A stretch of DNA of 64,000 bases from a bacterium (GCA_040390065.1 JAZJZE010000001.1:1-64000); one strand, 5' to 3'. Positions 54,879-64,000 are shown, counted from the stretch's first letter. Numbers and translations: made by a program. The notes: generated by a model not told the origin, from the sequence alone.

Positions 54879-54946
54879 AGGCGAGCGGCCGGACCTGTCC
54901 GGGACGGCGCCCCGTTATGCAGATGGCGTGCCGATGGTCATGCGTC

Positions 54947-55216
54947 ATGCCACTGCAATGGGACGAAGGCGACGGGGAGGAAGAGGCCACCCGGTCGAAC
55001 CCGCGTTTTGTCCCCAATCTTGCAAAGCGTTGGGGAGTGAGCCTTCACGACGCCACGTTGCATCTGGGCGTCCGTTGCTACACCTGCCAGGCGACCGGAC
55101 TCCTGTCGGCGCCCGTCGACGAGGGCGCAGTGCCCGATTGCGCGGCCTGGCCGACGGTCGCATGCATGATGACGGACGGCTGCGACGGCGTCGTGGTCCC
55201 AGAGGCGCTGAACTAG
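54947..55216 (+). CDS. Small Cys-containing hypothetical protein
   Basis: CYTC and C-x5-C pairs suggest zinc binding. Confidence 0.5.
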   Translation: MPLQWDEGDGEEEATRSNPRFVPNLAKRWGVSLHDATLHLGVRCYTCQATGLLSAPVDEGAVPDCAAWPTVACMMTDGCDGVVVPEALN

Positions 55217-55223
55217 GTCGCGA

Positions 55224-57428
55224 CTACGGCTCCGGCTTGCCGAACTGCCCGTACAGCCGGGAGCCCTTCGTCCAACCGGCGCTCGTCGCTTTGTCCTCGA
55301 TGCCAGGCCGGATGGCTCCCGTCGGGCAGGCATCGAAGCAGGCGCCGTCGGCGATGCACAAGTCGCGGTCCACGCGGGCGGTGTCCGTCACGATGGCCGC
55401 GTTCGTCGGACAGGCGGCTTCGCAGCCATTGCAGACGATGCAGTCGGCCATGAGGACCCAGGCCTTCTTGGCTTCCGGCGTCTCCGCCGCTTGCTTCTTC
55501 ACGGCGGCGACGTCGATGACCTTGGCCCCGGACTTGGCGACGTCGTGGCTTGCGGCCCCCGCCTTCGCGGTCACGACTTCCTTCTTGACCTCCACGGCCT
55601 TGACGGAGAGTTCGACGCCTTCCTTCTGCACCTGCACGCGGAACGCGTTGAGGACCTTCTGGATCTGCGGGTATTCGGGGCAGACCTTCGCCTCCTCGGG
55701 GGTCGGGTCCGCGACGTCGAGCGCCGGCTTGAGGCTCCACGGGTCGGCGATCTTGCTGCGCGAGTAGGCGAGGGCGAGGACCATCTTGCCGCGCACGGTC
55801 TGCGTCATGGCGAGGTTGCCGGGATTGGGGATGGCCTGCGCCGTTGCGAGGTCGCAGCCCCAGAGGTCCTCGGCGTACAGCGACAATTCGTCGCCGCCGC
55901 GGGGCGTGATGGCCGCGACTTCGGCCGCCTTGACGCCGAGCGACTTGTGGCGCCGGTACTTCATCGAGCGGCCCATCATCTTGAGCATCGGGTTGCCAGC
56001 CGCGAGTTGCCAGCCAAGAGACGGCGCCGGGGTCGGTCCCTTGATCTTCATCTTGTAGACGAACTCGGGAATCGGCGCCGGCAGCGGGAAGACCATTCCC
56101 GGGTTCATCAGGTTCCGGTAGTCGGTGCTTTTCTTGTACAGCTTGAGCTTCTTGTATCGCGCGGCGCCGAAGACGGACTTGGCCTCCCATTGCAGCCACG
56201 TGCCGCAGTGGTACGCGCGGCCGCCAAGCGCCTTTGCCTGCGACACGATGTGCGCCGACGTCGCCCAGCCCAACGGGTACGTGGGGCGCCGTTCGTCGTC
56301 CGGCGTGAAGATGAAGAAGTAGACGCGGCCGTCATCCGTGACGTGGCCTTCGACCGAGAGTTCCGACGTGGGGACCTTGTTGCCGAGCCGGCGCAGGTAC
56401 TCCTGCACGTTGGCGACGGGCACGAAGGTCTCGCCAGCCACGAGGCTTGGACCGAGCCGCTTGGCGCGAATCGGGTAGAAGCGCTGCGCCCACTCCTCGC
56501 CCGCGACCTTCTCGTCGACCATCTCGGCGCCGTGCCGGGCGGCCATGCGCTCGACGTCCGCCTTCGCCGCGGTGAAGTCCTTCTCGGCGAAGCACAGCGT
56601 GATCACGTGCTTGCCCGCAAACGGGTTCTTCTTGGCGCCGATGGCCTCGCTGCGCAGGTCGTAGAAGTCGGCGTTGCGGAACATCAGGTGCTTGAGCGGC
56701 CAGCGCGCCTTGGCTTCGGCGACGACGTCCTGGAGGCTGCGGTAGTCCTTGACCGTGAGCATGACCGGCTTGTCCGGCGTCGCCTCGAGGACTTTCAGGC
56801 GTACTCCCGTGATGATGCCGGTCGAGCCCCCGAGCCCGCAGTAGAACTGGATCTGCTCGATGTCGCGGATGCGGAAGCGGTTGCCGTCGGGGCCGACGCC
56901 TTCGAGTTCGGTGACCCACTTGCCGATGTTTCCGGAACGCGTCGAGTGGATGCCGTGGCCGTCCATGGCGACGAAGCCGCCGATGGTCGCCGCGAGCGCA
57001 GAGGTGGGGTACGTCGGCAGTTCGAGCCCGACGTCGTTGAGGCGCTTCTGCAAGTCGGCGACGACGACGCCGGCGTCCACCATGACTTCCATGCGCGCCT
57101 CGTCGACCTCGATGCGCTTGTTCATGGGTGTGAGGTCGATGACGAGGCCCTTGCGCTTGGGCACGGCGCCGCCGAGCGCGTTGGTCGCTGCGGCCCGCGG
57201 CGTCATGGGGATGCGACGGCTGACGCAGAACTGCACGGCGGTCTCGACATCCTCGATGGTGTGGCAGCGCGCGACGGCGTCGGCCCGCCGCTTGACGAGA
57301 AGGTCGACGATGTTCGGCGGCGATCCGATGTCCGTCGAGTAGACCAGGCGGTCGGCCTCCGACGTCAGAAGGTTCTCGCGGCCGAGGCGGGCTGCAAGCT
57401 GCTCGAGGTCGGACCGCTTGATGGTCAC
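55224..57428 (-). CDS. GlcD-like FAD-linked oxidoreductase with C-terminal 2[4Fe-4S] ferredoxin
   Basis: PRAAATNALGGAVP, ATIGG, MNPG; CIVCNGCEAACP and CIADGACFDACP. Confidence 0.88.
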   Translation of the reverse strand: MTIKRSDLEQLAARLGRENLLTSEADRLVYSTDIGSPPNIVDLLVKRRADAVARCHTIEDVETAVQFCVSRRIPMTPRAAATNALGGAVPKRKGLVIDLTPMNKRIEVDEARMEVMVDAGVVVADLQKRLNDVGLELPTYPTSALAATIGGFVAMDGHGIHSTRSGNIGKWVTELEGVGPDGNRFRIRDIEQIQFYCGLGGSTGIITGVRLKVLEATPDKPVMLTVKDYRSLQDVVAEAKARWPLKHLMFRNADFYDLRSEAIGAKKNPFAGKHVITLCFAEKDFTAAKADVERMAARHGAEMVDEKVAGEEWAQRFYPIRAKRLGPSLVAGETFVPVANVQEYLRRLGNKVPTSELSVEGHVTDDGRVYFFIFTPDDERRPTYPLGWATSAHIVSQAKALGGRAYHCGTWLQWEAKSVFGAARYKKLKLYKKSTDYRNLMNPGMVFPLPAPIPEFVYKMKIKGPTPAPSLGWQLAAGNPMLKMMGRSMKYRRHKSLGVKAAEVAAITPRGGDELSLYAEDLWGCDLATAQAIPNPGNLAMTQTVRGKMVLALAYSRSKIADPWSLKPALDVADPTPEEAKVCPEYPQIQKVLNAFRVQVQKEGVELSVKAVEVKKEVVTAKAGAASHDVAKSGAKVIDVAAVKKQAAETPEAKKAWVLMADCIVCNGCEAACPTNAAIVTDTARVDRDLCIADGACFDACPTGAIRPGIEDKATSAGWTKGSRLYGQFGKPEP

Positions 57429-57525
57429 GGGTTGGCGACGGGAGAAGTTCTCTTAAGGGGTTCGGGGCGGCAACAGGAGGGAGGCCACCGAAAGGCCTAT
57501 CGTGAGGCAAGTCCACTGTGCCGTC

Positions 57526-57978
57526 GTGTCGCATGTCGGTTCCGTCCTGCGTTCGCGGCGCTTCGTCCGCATCGCCCACGCCGTGACGGCCGGTCTGTGC
57601 CTGCTTGCCGGACTGGCCTTCGCCGCCGGCGGATGGCAGATGCTCGGTGACAATTCGGGCTGGTCCGTCGTCGGTGGCATGATGGCGGTGCCGGTCGGCT
57701 TGGTCGGCGCCGTGCTGTCCGCCTTGGCTGTCCAGGCCGCCGTGGAGTACGATGGGCGCATCCTGCCCCGCCTCGGGCTCGCACTGTTCGACGGTGCTCT
57801 CCTTCTCCTCCTGACCGGCAGCGTCCTCGACGGGCTCAAGGCAATGGGAAAGAACCAAGCGCCCCCCAGCTGGTTGGTATGGCCGCTGATCATTGTCCTC
57901 TTTGCCTGGTCCAGCCTGCTGCTCGCAACCGTCGTCCTCCCGCCGGCGACGCGCCGCGCCCCGTCGCCGTCGCCTTGA
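57526..57978 (+). CDS. Hypothetical four-TM membrane protein
   Basis: Four hydrophobic segments. Confidence 0.6.
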   Translation: MSHVGSVLRSRRFVRIAHAVTAGLCLLAGLAFAAGGWQMLGDNSGWSVVGGMMAVPVGLVGAVLSALAVQAAVEYDGRILPRLGLALFDGALLLLLTGSVLDGLKAMGKNQAPPSWLVWPLIIVLFAWSSLLLATVVLPPATRRAPSPSP

Positions 57979-57979
57979 A

Positions 57980-58342
57980 GTGAAGGCCGTCCCCTTCGGG
58001 GCCGTGGCCTTGACCTGCCGGGAATGTGGCCGGCCGATTGCGGACGGCTTGCTCGCGGTGTGCGAGTCGTGTACGAGAGAGCTGGAGGCGTTGTCGCCAG
58101 CACGGAAGGCCACCGTGCGCACATCGGCGTTGACGCCTGCCCTGTTTGGCGTGCTCGGCATCGTCGCAGCGGTCGTCCTGGTGGCGTTCTCCGTCGGTGA
58201 GAAATGCCCGGACGGCGCCCTTGGCGAACTCGTCTGCATCGCCACGCGCGTGCTCCTGTTCCTCGCCGGGTTGGGGGCGCTGGCGTTCAGCGCATGGATG
58301 TTCTGGAGCGCCCGCGACGCCGCCGGCCCGTACGACAACTGA
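57980..58342 (+). CDS. Hypothetical zinc-ribbon plus two-TM protein
   Basis: CRECG...CESC followed by two hydrophobic helices. Confidence 0.55.
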   Translation: MKAVPFGAVALTCRECGRPIADGLLAVCESCTRELEALSPARKATVRTSALTPALFGVLGIVAAVVLVAFSVGEKCPDGALGELVCIATRVLLFLAGLGALAFSAWMFWSARDAAGPYDN

Positions 58343-58344
58343 TG

Positions 58345-59466
58345 CTAGCCGAAGAAGCCCTTGCGTTTGCGCGGTTTGACTTCGGTTCCGAGCTCCTTGG
58401 CCAACTCTTCGAGGAGTTCGCGGGCGCGGGCACTCGGCTTGTCGGGGACGTCGATGCGCAGCCTGACGTGGAGGTCGCCTCGACCATGCCCCCGTAGCGA
58501 TGGCATGCCCTTGCCCTTGACGCGGACGGCGGCTCCGGTCTCGGACCCCGCGGGGATGGGTACCTTGAGTGGGCCGTCGAACGTGTCGAGGTCGAGTTCT
58601 GCGCCGAGGACCGCCTGCGGGATCGAGATGGACATCTCCGTCAAGAGTTCGGTGCCTTCGCGGTGGAACCGGTCATGCTCGCGCACCTCGATCTGCACGT
58701 ACAAGTCGCCGTAGGGGCCGCCGCGCGGGCCCACCTCGCCTTGGCCGTTGACGCGCAGGCTCTGGCCGGTCTCGATGCCGGGCGGAATCGTGACCGTGAC
58801 GGCGCGACGATGCCTCTCGTGGCCAGTACCGCGGCACGTGTGGCAGGGCTTCTCGATGGTGCGACCCTCGCCGTTGCACGTCGGGCACGTCGTCACTTGG
58901 CTCATGGTGCCAAAGGGAGTGCGCACCATGCGTTGCACACGGCCTTCGCCGCCGCAGGACGTGCAGGCGGACACCTTGCTGCCTGGTTCGGCGCCGTTGC
59001 CTTCGCACGTCTCGCAGCCTTCCAGCCGCCAGTACTCGATGCGCGCCTCGGTCCCGTGCAGGGCCTGCTCGAGGGAGATGGCATGTGCGACTTGCAGGTC
59101 GCGGCCGCGGCCCGGCCCGCCACCGCGGCGCCCACCGCCGAAGCCGAACATCTGGGAGAACAGGTCCTCGAATCCCATGCCGCCGAAGAGGTCCTCGACA
59201 TTGATGTTGCGGTACAGGTCGTCGGCGGAGTACTGCGAATCGATGCCGGCGTGCCCGAGCTGGTCGTAGCGCGCCCTCTTGTCCGTGTCCGACAGCACGG
59301 CATACGCTTCGGAGAGCTCCTTGAACTTGTCCTCGGCGTCGGCAGCCTTGTTGCGGTCCGGGTGCAGTTGGATGGCGAGCTTGCGGTAGGCCTTCTTGAT
59401 GGCGTCGGCATCCGCGTCGCGCCCCACGCCAAGCACGTCGTAGTAGTCCCGCTTGCCCGTGGCCAC
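58345..59466 (-). CDS. dnaJ: Chaperone DnaJ
   Basis: HPD J-domain, G/F region, four CxxCxGxG repeats. Confidence 0.97.
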   Translation of the reverse strand: MATGKRDYYDVLGVGRDADADAIKKAYRKLAIQLHPDRNKAADAEDKFKELSEAYAVLSDTDKRARYDQLGHAGIDSQYSADDLYRNINVEDLFGGMGFEDLFSQMFGFGGGRRGGGPGRGRDLQVAHAISLEQALHGTEARIEYWRLEGCETCEGNGAEPGSKVSACTSCGGEGRVQRMVRTPFGTMSQVTTCPTCNGEGRTIEKPCHTCRGTGHERHRRAVTVTIPPGIETGQSLRVNGQGEVGPRGGPYGDLYVQIEVREHDRFHREGTELLTEMSISIPQAVLGAELDLDTFDGPLKVPIPAGSETGAAVRVKGKGMPSLRGHGRGDLHVRLRIDVPDKPSARARELLEELAKELGTEVKPRKRKGFFG

Positions 59467-59512
59467 GGCGCGGCCACAGTGCGCCGCTTCTAATCGCTTG
59501 CTCCCGGTGCGG

Positions 59513-60007
59513 CTACGGGTTCGTGAACTTGCCCACGGTTGCGAGCAGGAGGCCGGCGACGACGAGGGTCACGAGGTAGTAGCCGACGTTGACGAAGTAG
59601 ACGGGCCACTTCTGCCGCTCGAAGGCGACGCGGTTCAGGTTGACGGGCACCATGAATCCCAGCCAGGTGAAGACGCCGCCCATGACGCCGTCCATCGGGG
59701 AAAGGCTGTAGTCGGCCTTGCCGTGCGTCGCGGTGTTCCTGTACGCATCCTGGTACACCCAGTAGTCGTGGGCGAGGACGAACATGAGAAGGAACGCGCC
59801 GACGAGCATCAGGATCATCGACGTGGCCATCTCTTTCGCGGGCGGCTTCGGCATCGTGGCGGGGTCGAGCCCCTGGTCGCGCATCCAGATCTTCCCCGTC
59901 GGCGACCACTTCGAGTACCAAAGGAAGCCGATGACGACGTTTGCAACGAGCGCGGCGGCGAGGCCGAGCCAGTTGAAGCCTGCAAAACTCCAAGCAGTGG
60001 GGTCCAT
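59513..60007 (-). CDS. DUF1761-family membrane protein
   Basis: NW...IGFLWYS...GKIW, WLGF.VP, FE, NVGY. Confidence 0.8.
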   Translation of the reverse strand: MDPTAWSFAGFNWLGLAAALVANVVIGFLWYSKWSPTGKIWMRDQGLDPATMPKPPAKEMATSMILMLVGAFLLMFVLAHDYWVYQDAYRNTATHGKADYSLSPMDGVMGGVFTWLGFMVPVNLNRVAFERQKWPVYFVNVGYYLVTLVVAGLLLATVGKFTNP

Positions 60008-60069
60008 GGTTTGCGCCTACCGTACGTTGCCTTGGAAAAGGGAGGAGGGGAGGAAGGTGAACGCGGGTC

Positions 60070-60516
60070 TCAGAGCGTCGCGAAGATGAGCCCGGCCACG
60101 AGGATGTTCACCAGCTGGTACCCGCCGTTGATGGCGACCAGGCCCATGGGGCGCTTCTCCCAGGCCAGAGAGCCGAGAAGCTGCGGGACCATGAAGCCCA
60201 TCCAAAAGAGGAGGGCCCAGCCCATCAGCTCGCCGACGTCGTTCTGGTGGACCGTGATTCCGCCACCGCTGACCTTCTTGCCGACCGTCAAGCCGAGCGC
60301 AAGCATCATGAGGAACGACCCGACGAGCATCATGACGAGGCCTTTCATCATCTCCCCGGAGTCCGGCTTGGCCTTCGGGTCCATGCCCATGTAGCCCATC
60401 CACATCTTTCCGGTGGGGAACCAGCCGGCGTACCAGACGAAGCCGATCACGAAGTTTGCAACGATGGCGACGGCGAGAGCGACCCAATTCATGTATTCGA
60501 AGTCGAAGGCATTCAT
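60070..60516 (-). CDS. DUF1761-family membrane protein (tandem paralog)
   Basis: NW...IGFVWYA..PTGKMW, WMGFMVP, WE, INGGY. Confidence 0.8.
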   Translation of the reverse strand: MNAFDFEYMNWVALAVAIVANFVIGFVWYAGWFPTGKMWMGYMGMDPKAKPDSGEMMKGLVMMLVGSFLMMLALGLTVGKKVSGGGITVHQNDVGELMGWALLFWMGFMVPQLLGSLAWEKRPMGLVAINGGYQLVNILVAGLIFATL

Positions 60517-60663
60517 GGTGTTCACAGCCCAGGAGGGCAAACGGAACTCCGCCAGGTGCTATACAAGGGTGCCAGACTCCATCGCGTCGCCAACCTGCAG
60601 GCGATGCACCGGAAGCGCCAGGGCGGCCCAGAGGCATAGTTGTAAATGGCCCGCGAACCAATA

Positions 60664-60950
60664 GGAGAGGGCTCTGCGGGGTCAAACCCACAGGGAAGGA
60701 CAATCATTTCGGTGATTGGCCCTCCAACACCCAGGAGAGGGGCGCGGCTTACTCGCCCCCAACCGACGTGGCCTGGCGGCTACGACCCGGTCAAGTGAAC
60801 CAGAGGGTTGCTAAGAGGCGAAAGCCGACTTGGCGACTAGACGGGAAAAACCTGGATGGCCTCGGTCTTCGGACCAAGGAAGCCGAAAGGCGTGGAGCCG
60901 TGGAATCGCTCGGTGCCGCACCGACCTTTCCACGTTCGAGGGGATTTTTT
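60664..60950 (+). ncRNA. Candidate structured ncRNA of unknown family
   Basis: Two UUCG and two GAAA capped stems on the plus strand, TATA-like tgtaaatg at 60641, T6 run at 60945-60950. Confidence 0.6.
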
Positions 60951-61007
60951 CCGGTCGACGTCCCGTGCGTCGGCGCCGCCGCCTTTTTGAACCAGTCGAG
61001 GCGTGCC

Positions 61008-62147
61008 GTGCGCGGTGCTCGCTTGAAGCCCGCCCTTTCCGTTGGCGTCCTGCTCGTTCTCGTTGCAAACGTCGTGCCCGCCGGCGCCCAGATGCCGCCC
61101 GCCGACCCGAGCTTGACCTGGTACGTCCATAACGTCACAAGCACGAGCGGCGGGTCGGGGCCAACACTGAGCTTTACGGCCCCGGGCTCCGATGAAGTGG
61201 CCGTCGCTGCCTCCTGCACGACGGCATGCGCCGGCGCCGCCGCCCTCGTCCATCACGCGGATGCCGAGACGGGCTTGCCGGTGGCCCTGGTGGCGACGGG
61301 TACCGGCGGGGAGGCGCACGTCTGGGTCAAGAGCTACCAGGGCGGCGCTGCACCGGGGACGAAGGCGACCGTGACGGTCTTCGCCGACGGCGTCTCCATC
61401 GCGACCGGCACGGCGACGATGGACGTCGTCGCCGCCACGGTCGAGTACGTCATCACCCTCGACTTCAAGGCGGCCTCGATTGCAATGGGCGCGAAGATCT
61501 CCATGGAGCTGGCGGTGCAGGATTCGCACTGCACATGCTACCTGCCCGTTGCGTACGCAAAGGGCGTCGACGCCACGTACGCCTGGCGCTTCACGTTGCC
61601 CGTCACGGTGAGTGGCGCGACGACATCGGGGGCCAACCACTATGCCAGCGAGAGTGGCCCGAGCCTGCATGCGACTCTCGCGTTGCCGACCGCAACGACG
61701 GCGAATTACTTCTACAACTGGACCACCGGCTTCTCCGCCGTGGAGATTTCCTACAGCGCCCAGCCCACAGCCGGGTCGGTCCACTTCCTCGTCCTCGATG
61801 CAGACAACAAGACGCTTCTGGACAAGGCCCTGTCCGCCGCCGAGGACCGGTCCGTCCAGGTGCCGGCGGCCACAGCCGGCGTCTGGCACGTCAGCATCCA
61901 ACTGACCGGGTTCCAAGGCAATGCCACCCTCGTCATCGTCTCGTCCCAATTGACACCGCCATCGTCGTCGCCGCCGGGCGGCTCGTCCGGGCCAGGCCCG
62001 ACCGACGGGGGAAATCCAGGCACGCCCTCCGGCGGCTCAAACCCGTCCCCGTCTCAGACCAGCAAGGGCTCGCCCGGAATCGATGCCGTCCTGTTTGCCG
62101 CCGTGCTTGCGGGCTCGGTGCTGGTGGCCCGACGCCGCCAGGCGTAG
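61008..62147 (+). CDS. Secreted surface protein with S/P/G linker and C-terminal sorting signal
   Basis: Signal peptide, T/S-rich body, KGSPG-TM-RRR tail. Confidence 0.75.
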   Translation: MRGARLKPALSVGVLLVLVANVVPAGAQMPPADPSLTWYVHNVTSTSGGSGPTLSFTAPGSDEVAVAASCTTACAGAAALVHHADAETGLPVALVATGTGGEAHVWVKSYQGGAAPGTKATVTVFADGVSIATGTATMDVVAATVEYVITLDFKAASIAMGAKISMELAVQDSHCTCYLPVAYAKGVDATYAWRFTLPVTVSGATTSGANHYASESGPSLHATLALPTATTANYFYNWTTGFSAVEISYSAQPTAGSVHFLVLDADNKTLLDKALSAAEDRSVQVPAATAGVWHVSIQLTGFQGNATLVIVSSQLTPPSSSPPGGSSGPGPTDGGNPGTPSGGSNPSPSQTSKGSPGIDAVLFAAVLAGSVLVARRRQA

Positions 62148-62187
62148 CCAGCACAGGCTTTTTGCCCCGGCCGGCTTGGGCCGCGCA

Positions 62188-62556
62188 ATGGTCACCATCG
62201 GCAAGGGCCTGCTGGACTCCGCGGTGCACGAATTCTTCGACGCCGTGCGCAGCTACGACGCCAAACGCGCCGCCGCCGTTCTCGCCGAGGATGCCGACTT
62301 CGACAGCCCGTGGAGCGGCCACCTCACGGGCAAGGCCAACGTCGAGGCGTTCCTCAAGACGTGGCTCTCGGATCCGGTGAAGCGCCCGACGTTCACCATC
62401 ATCGACGTCGCCGGCGACGGCGCCATCGCACGCCTTCGCGTCTCGATCTCCGGCCGCTTCGGCAAGGCCCCCGAGCACTGGAACCTGACCGTGCTCTGCC
62501 TTAAGCACGTCGTGCACCAAGTCAAGTTCGCGGGCGATGCGAAGGCTGGTCACTGA
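62188..62556 (+). CDS. SnoaL/NTF2-like protein
   Basis: VHEFFDAV...LAEDADFDSP...G.ANVEAF. Confidence 0.75.
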   Translation: MVTIGKGLLDSAVHEFFDAVRSYDAKRAAAVLAEDADFDSPWSGHLTGKANVEAFLKTWLSDPVKRPTFTIIDVAGDGAIARLRVSISGRFGKAPEHWNLTVLCLKHVVHQVKFAGDAKAGH

Positions 62557-62602
62557 GGAACCGCTTCGCCAAGGCTAAACGCGAGGCCCGGTGCGACGCG
62601 CA

Positions 62603-62788
62603 ATGCGCAACTTCATCGTCTGCGGAATCTGCGGGGCCGTGGTCGTGAGCCATCCCGTCACCGTGACGCAGCATCGGCTCTGGCACAACAAACACATCGA
62701 CGGCAAGACGGAGGCCTTCGCCGCGTTCAGCCTCCTCGAAGCCGCCGATTTCCCGGCCGCGAAGTTCCGCGTCACCGAAGAAGAGTAA
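62603..62788 (+). CDS. Small C2H2-like zinc-binding protein
   Basis: CGICGAVV...HRLWH. Confidence 0.6.
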   Translation: MRNFIVCGICGAVVVSHPVTVTQHRLWHNKHIDGKTEAFAAFSLLEAADFPAAKFRVTEEE

Positions 62789-62911
62789 GGCCCCCACCGG
62801 CGGGTTGGGTGGGCAAGAGTACGCCGGTGGAGGTTGGAGAAACACCCTCGGAAGAGGAATAAGAACTTCGTGGGGGCAACGTGGTAGGCGCTGGGCCGAA
62901 GCGAGACGGCG

Positions 62912-63325
62912 TCAGGGGAACCTGAACGTGGCAAGCAGCGTGCTCTGGCCGTTGTTCATGTAGGCGACGCTCACCGACGTCACCGACGTGCCGCACGTGA
63001 TGACCTGGCCCGCGGCGACGTTGCCCGTCACCGTGGACGCGCTGCACCGGGCCGCCCCCGCCGTCGTCGAGATTGGCGCCGGGTTGCCTCCATTCACGCC
63101 GACTTGGATCGTGCTCCACGGCACGTTTGGGTCTGCCTGGTTGACGGTCAACGTGCCGCCCCCGCTCGGGTCCGATGCCTTGTTGAAACTGATTGTCGGC
63201 GCTTCGTCGAACGTCCGGTCGCCCGGATTCGTCGTGCCCTGGCCGTTGGGGTCGTAGGGTTTCGTGCTCGCGCATCCGGCCGAGAGGGCGGCGACGACGA
63301 CCAAGGCCACGAGGAATCCGCGCAT
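62912..63325 (-). CDS. Lipoprotein carrying a pilin-like globular domain
   Basis: LSAGC lipobox; SFNK..PSGGG..TVNQADPN..W..I.VGVNGG matches the pilin at 35888. Confidence 0.8.
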   Translation of the reverse strand: MRGFLVALVVVAALSAGCASTKPYDPNGQGTTNPGDRTFDEAPTISFNKASDPSGGGTLTVNQADPNVPWSTIQVGVNGGNPAPISTTAGAARCSASTVTGNVAAGQVITCGTSVTSVSVAYMNNGQSTLLATFRFP

Positions 63326-63363
63326 GGGGCGCAAGATGGCCCCGCGATGATTACGCTTTGGGA

Positions 63364-63609
63364 CTACGCATGGGGCCGGAGCCGGTGCAGGGCGGCCAGC
63401 AAGCCGTCATGCATCCTGTGTTCGACCTTCACGACGCGGGGCTTGAGGCGATGCCAGCCCTTGGCGATGCCGGCGGCGGCCTTGTGTTCGGCCTTCATGG
63501 CTTTGCGGCGCACGATCTCCGCATCGCGATGCCACATCTTCGACAGGTTGAGGGTGGCGCGGCGCCAGGCGCGGCGCACGGGGTCAGCAAGGACGACAGT
63601 CTTGGGCAT
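63364..63609 (-). CDS. Small basic hypothetical protein
   Basis: 81-aa K/R/H-rich ORF; TATA-like ctttatg upstream. Confidence 0.55.
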   Translation of the reverse strand: MPKTVVLADPVRRAWRRATLNLSKMWHRDAEIVRRKAMKAEHKAAAGIAKGWHRLKPRVVKVEHRMHDGLLAALHRLRPHA

Positions 63610-63687
63610 GGTCTACCAAGACTGACTGTCGGCGCCCGGTCCCCATAAAGGGTCCCCCCAAAGGACTTTCAAGGGCCCGGCGCGGCG

Positions 63688-64000
63688 TTACTTTTTGCCC
63701 TTCTTGGGCTTGTCGTCGTCCGCCGATTTGCCGGCCTTTGCCGGCCTGTCTTCGTCGGCGGGCTTCGCCTTCCCTTTCTTGGGCGCCTTGGGCTCGGCCT
63801 TGAAGTCGGCATCGATGGGCGGCACGCCCGCTTCGCTTGGGTTTCCTGTCCACGCGCGGTCGCCGCCCTCCTCACCCGCGGGGGCGTCCGGCTGGCCCGG
63901 CGCGGCGGCGTTCTTGTACATCTCCATGACCGCGGGCTCGAGCGCCTTGTGCAACGCCTCGGTGTGCGACTTGAGGCCCTCGACGGAAGGCTCGTCCTTC
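63688..64000 (-). CDS. dnaK: Probable DnaK (Hsp70) C-terminus, partial
   Basis: Helical lid-like EALHKALEPAVMEMY and IDADF motif; same strand and upstream of dnaJ; most of the gene lies outside the window. Confidence 0.6.
   Translation of the reverse strand, partial: KDEPSVEGLKSHTEALHKALEPAVMEMYKNAAAPGQPDAPAGEEGGDRAWTGNPSEAGVPPIDADFKAEPKAPKKGKAKPADEDRPAKAGKSADDDKPKKGKK

Noticed and set aside
60456-61007. 184-aa N-terminal extension of the surface protein ORF
   Set aside because: Composition is not protein-like; the signal peptide starts near 61008 and the region is better explained by a structured RNA
62790-62850. ccaccggcg/cgccggtgg hairpin between convergent genes as a small RNA
   Set aside because: A single stem, adequately explained as a terminator-like structure; insufficient evidence

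Overview
High-GC archaeal chromosomal window. The 16S signatures and the genes carS, rpl1-rplP0-rpl12, rpoK-rps2, archaeal dnaG and class III pilins point to a Thermoplasmatota-like lineage; this is an inference, not a database result. Core content: a complete linked 16S-tRNA-Ala-23S-5S operon with bulge-helix-bulge processing stems, ribosomal protein genes, preQ0/archaeosine pathway genes (queD, queC, queE, mptA/folE2-type), guaAA, a K+-independent membrane pyrophosphatase, dnaJ and the 3' end of probable dnaK. It also holds surface and pilin genes and three toxin-antitoxin modules. The most interesting unannotated signals are: (i) two intergenic, tetraloop-rich candidate structured RNAs of about 360 nt (22190-22549, minus) and about 285 nt (60664-60950, plus) that lack the SRP and RNase P motifs I looked for; (ii) a 13-aa Cys-rich micropeptide (MIGPGDCCGGLCC) with a strong Shine-Dalgarno, divergent from an HxlR regulator; (iii) repeated duplication of gene 3' ends (alkA, the candidate RNA, dnaG) and several families of palindromic intergenic elements; (iv) a degenerate-SF2/intact-SF1 helicase fusion, a membrane-anchored solo Cas4-like nuclease next to pilins, and a pilin-like domain carried on a lipoprotein signal. 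All family calls come from motif recognition by eye, and start codons are estimates.
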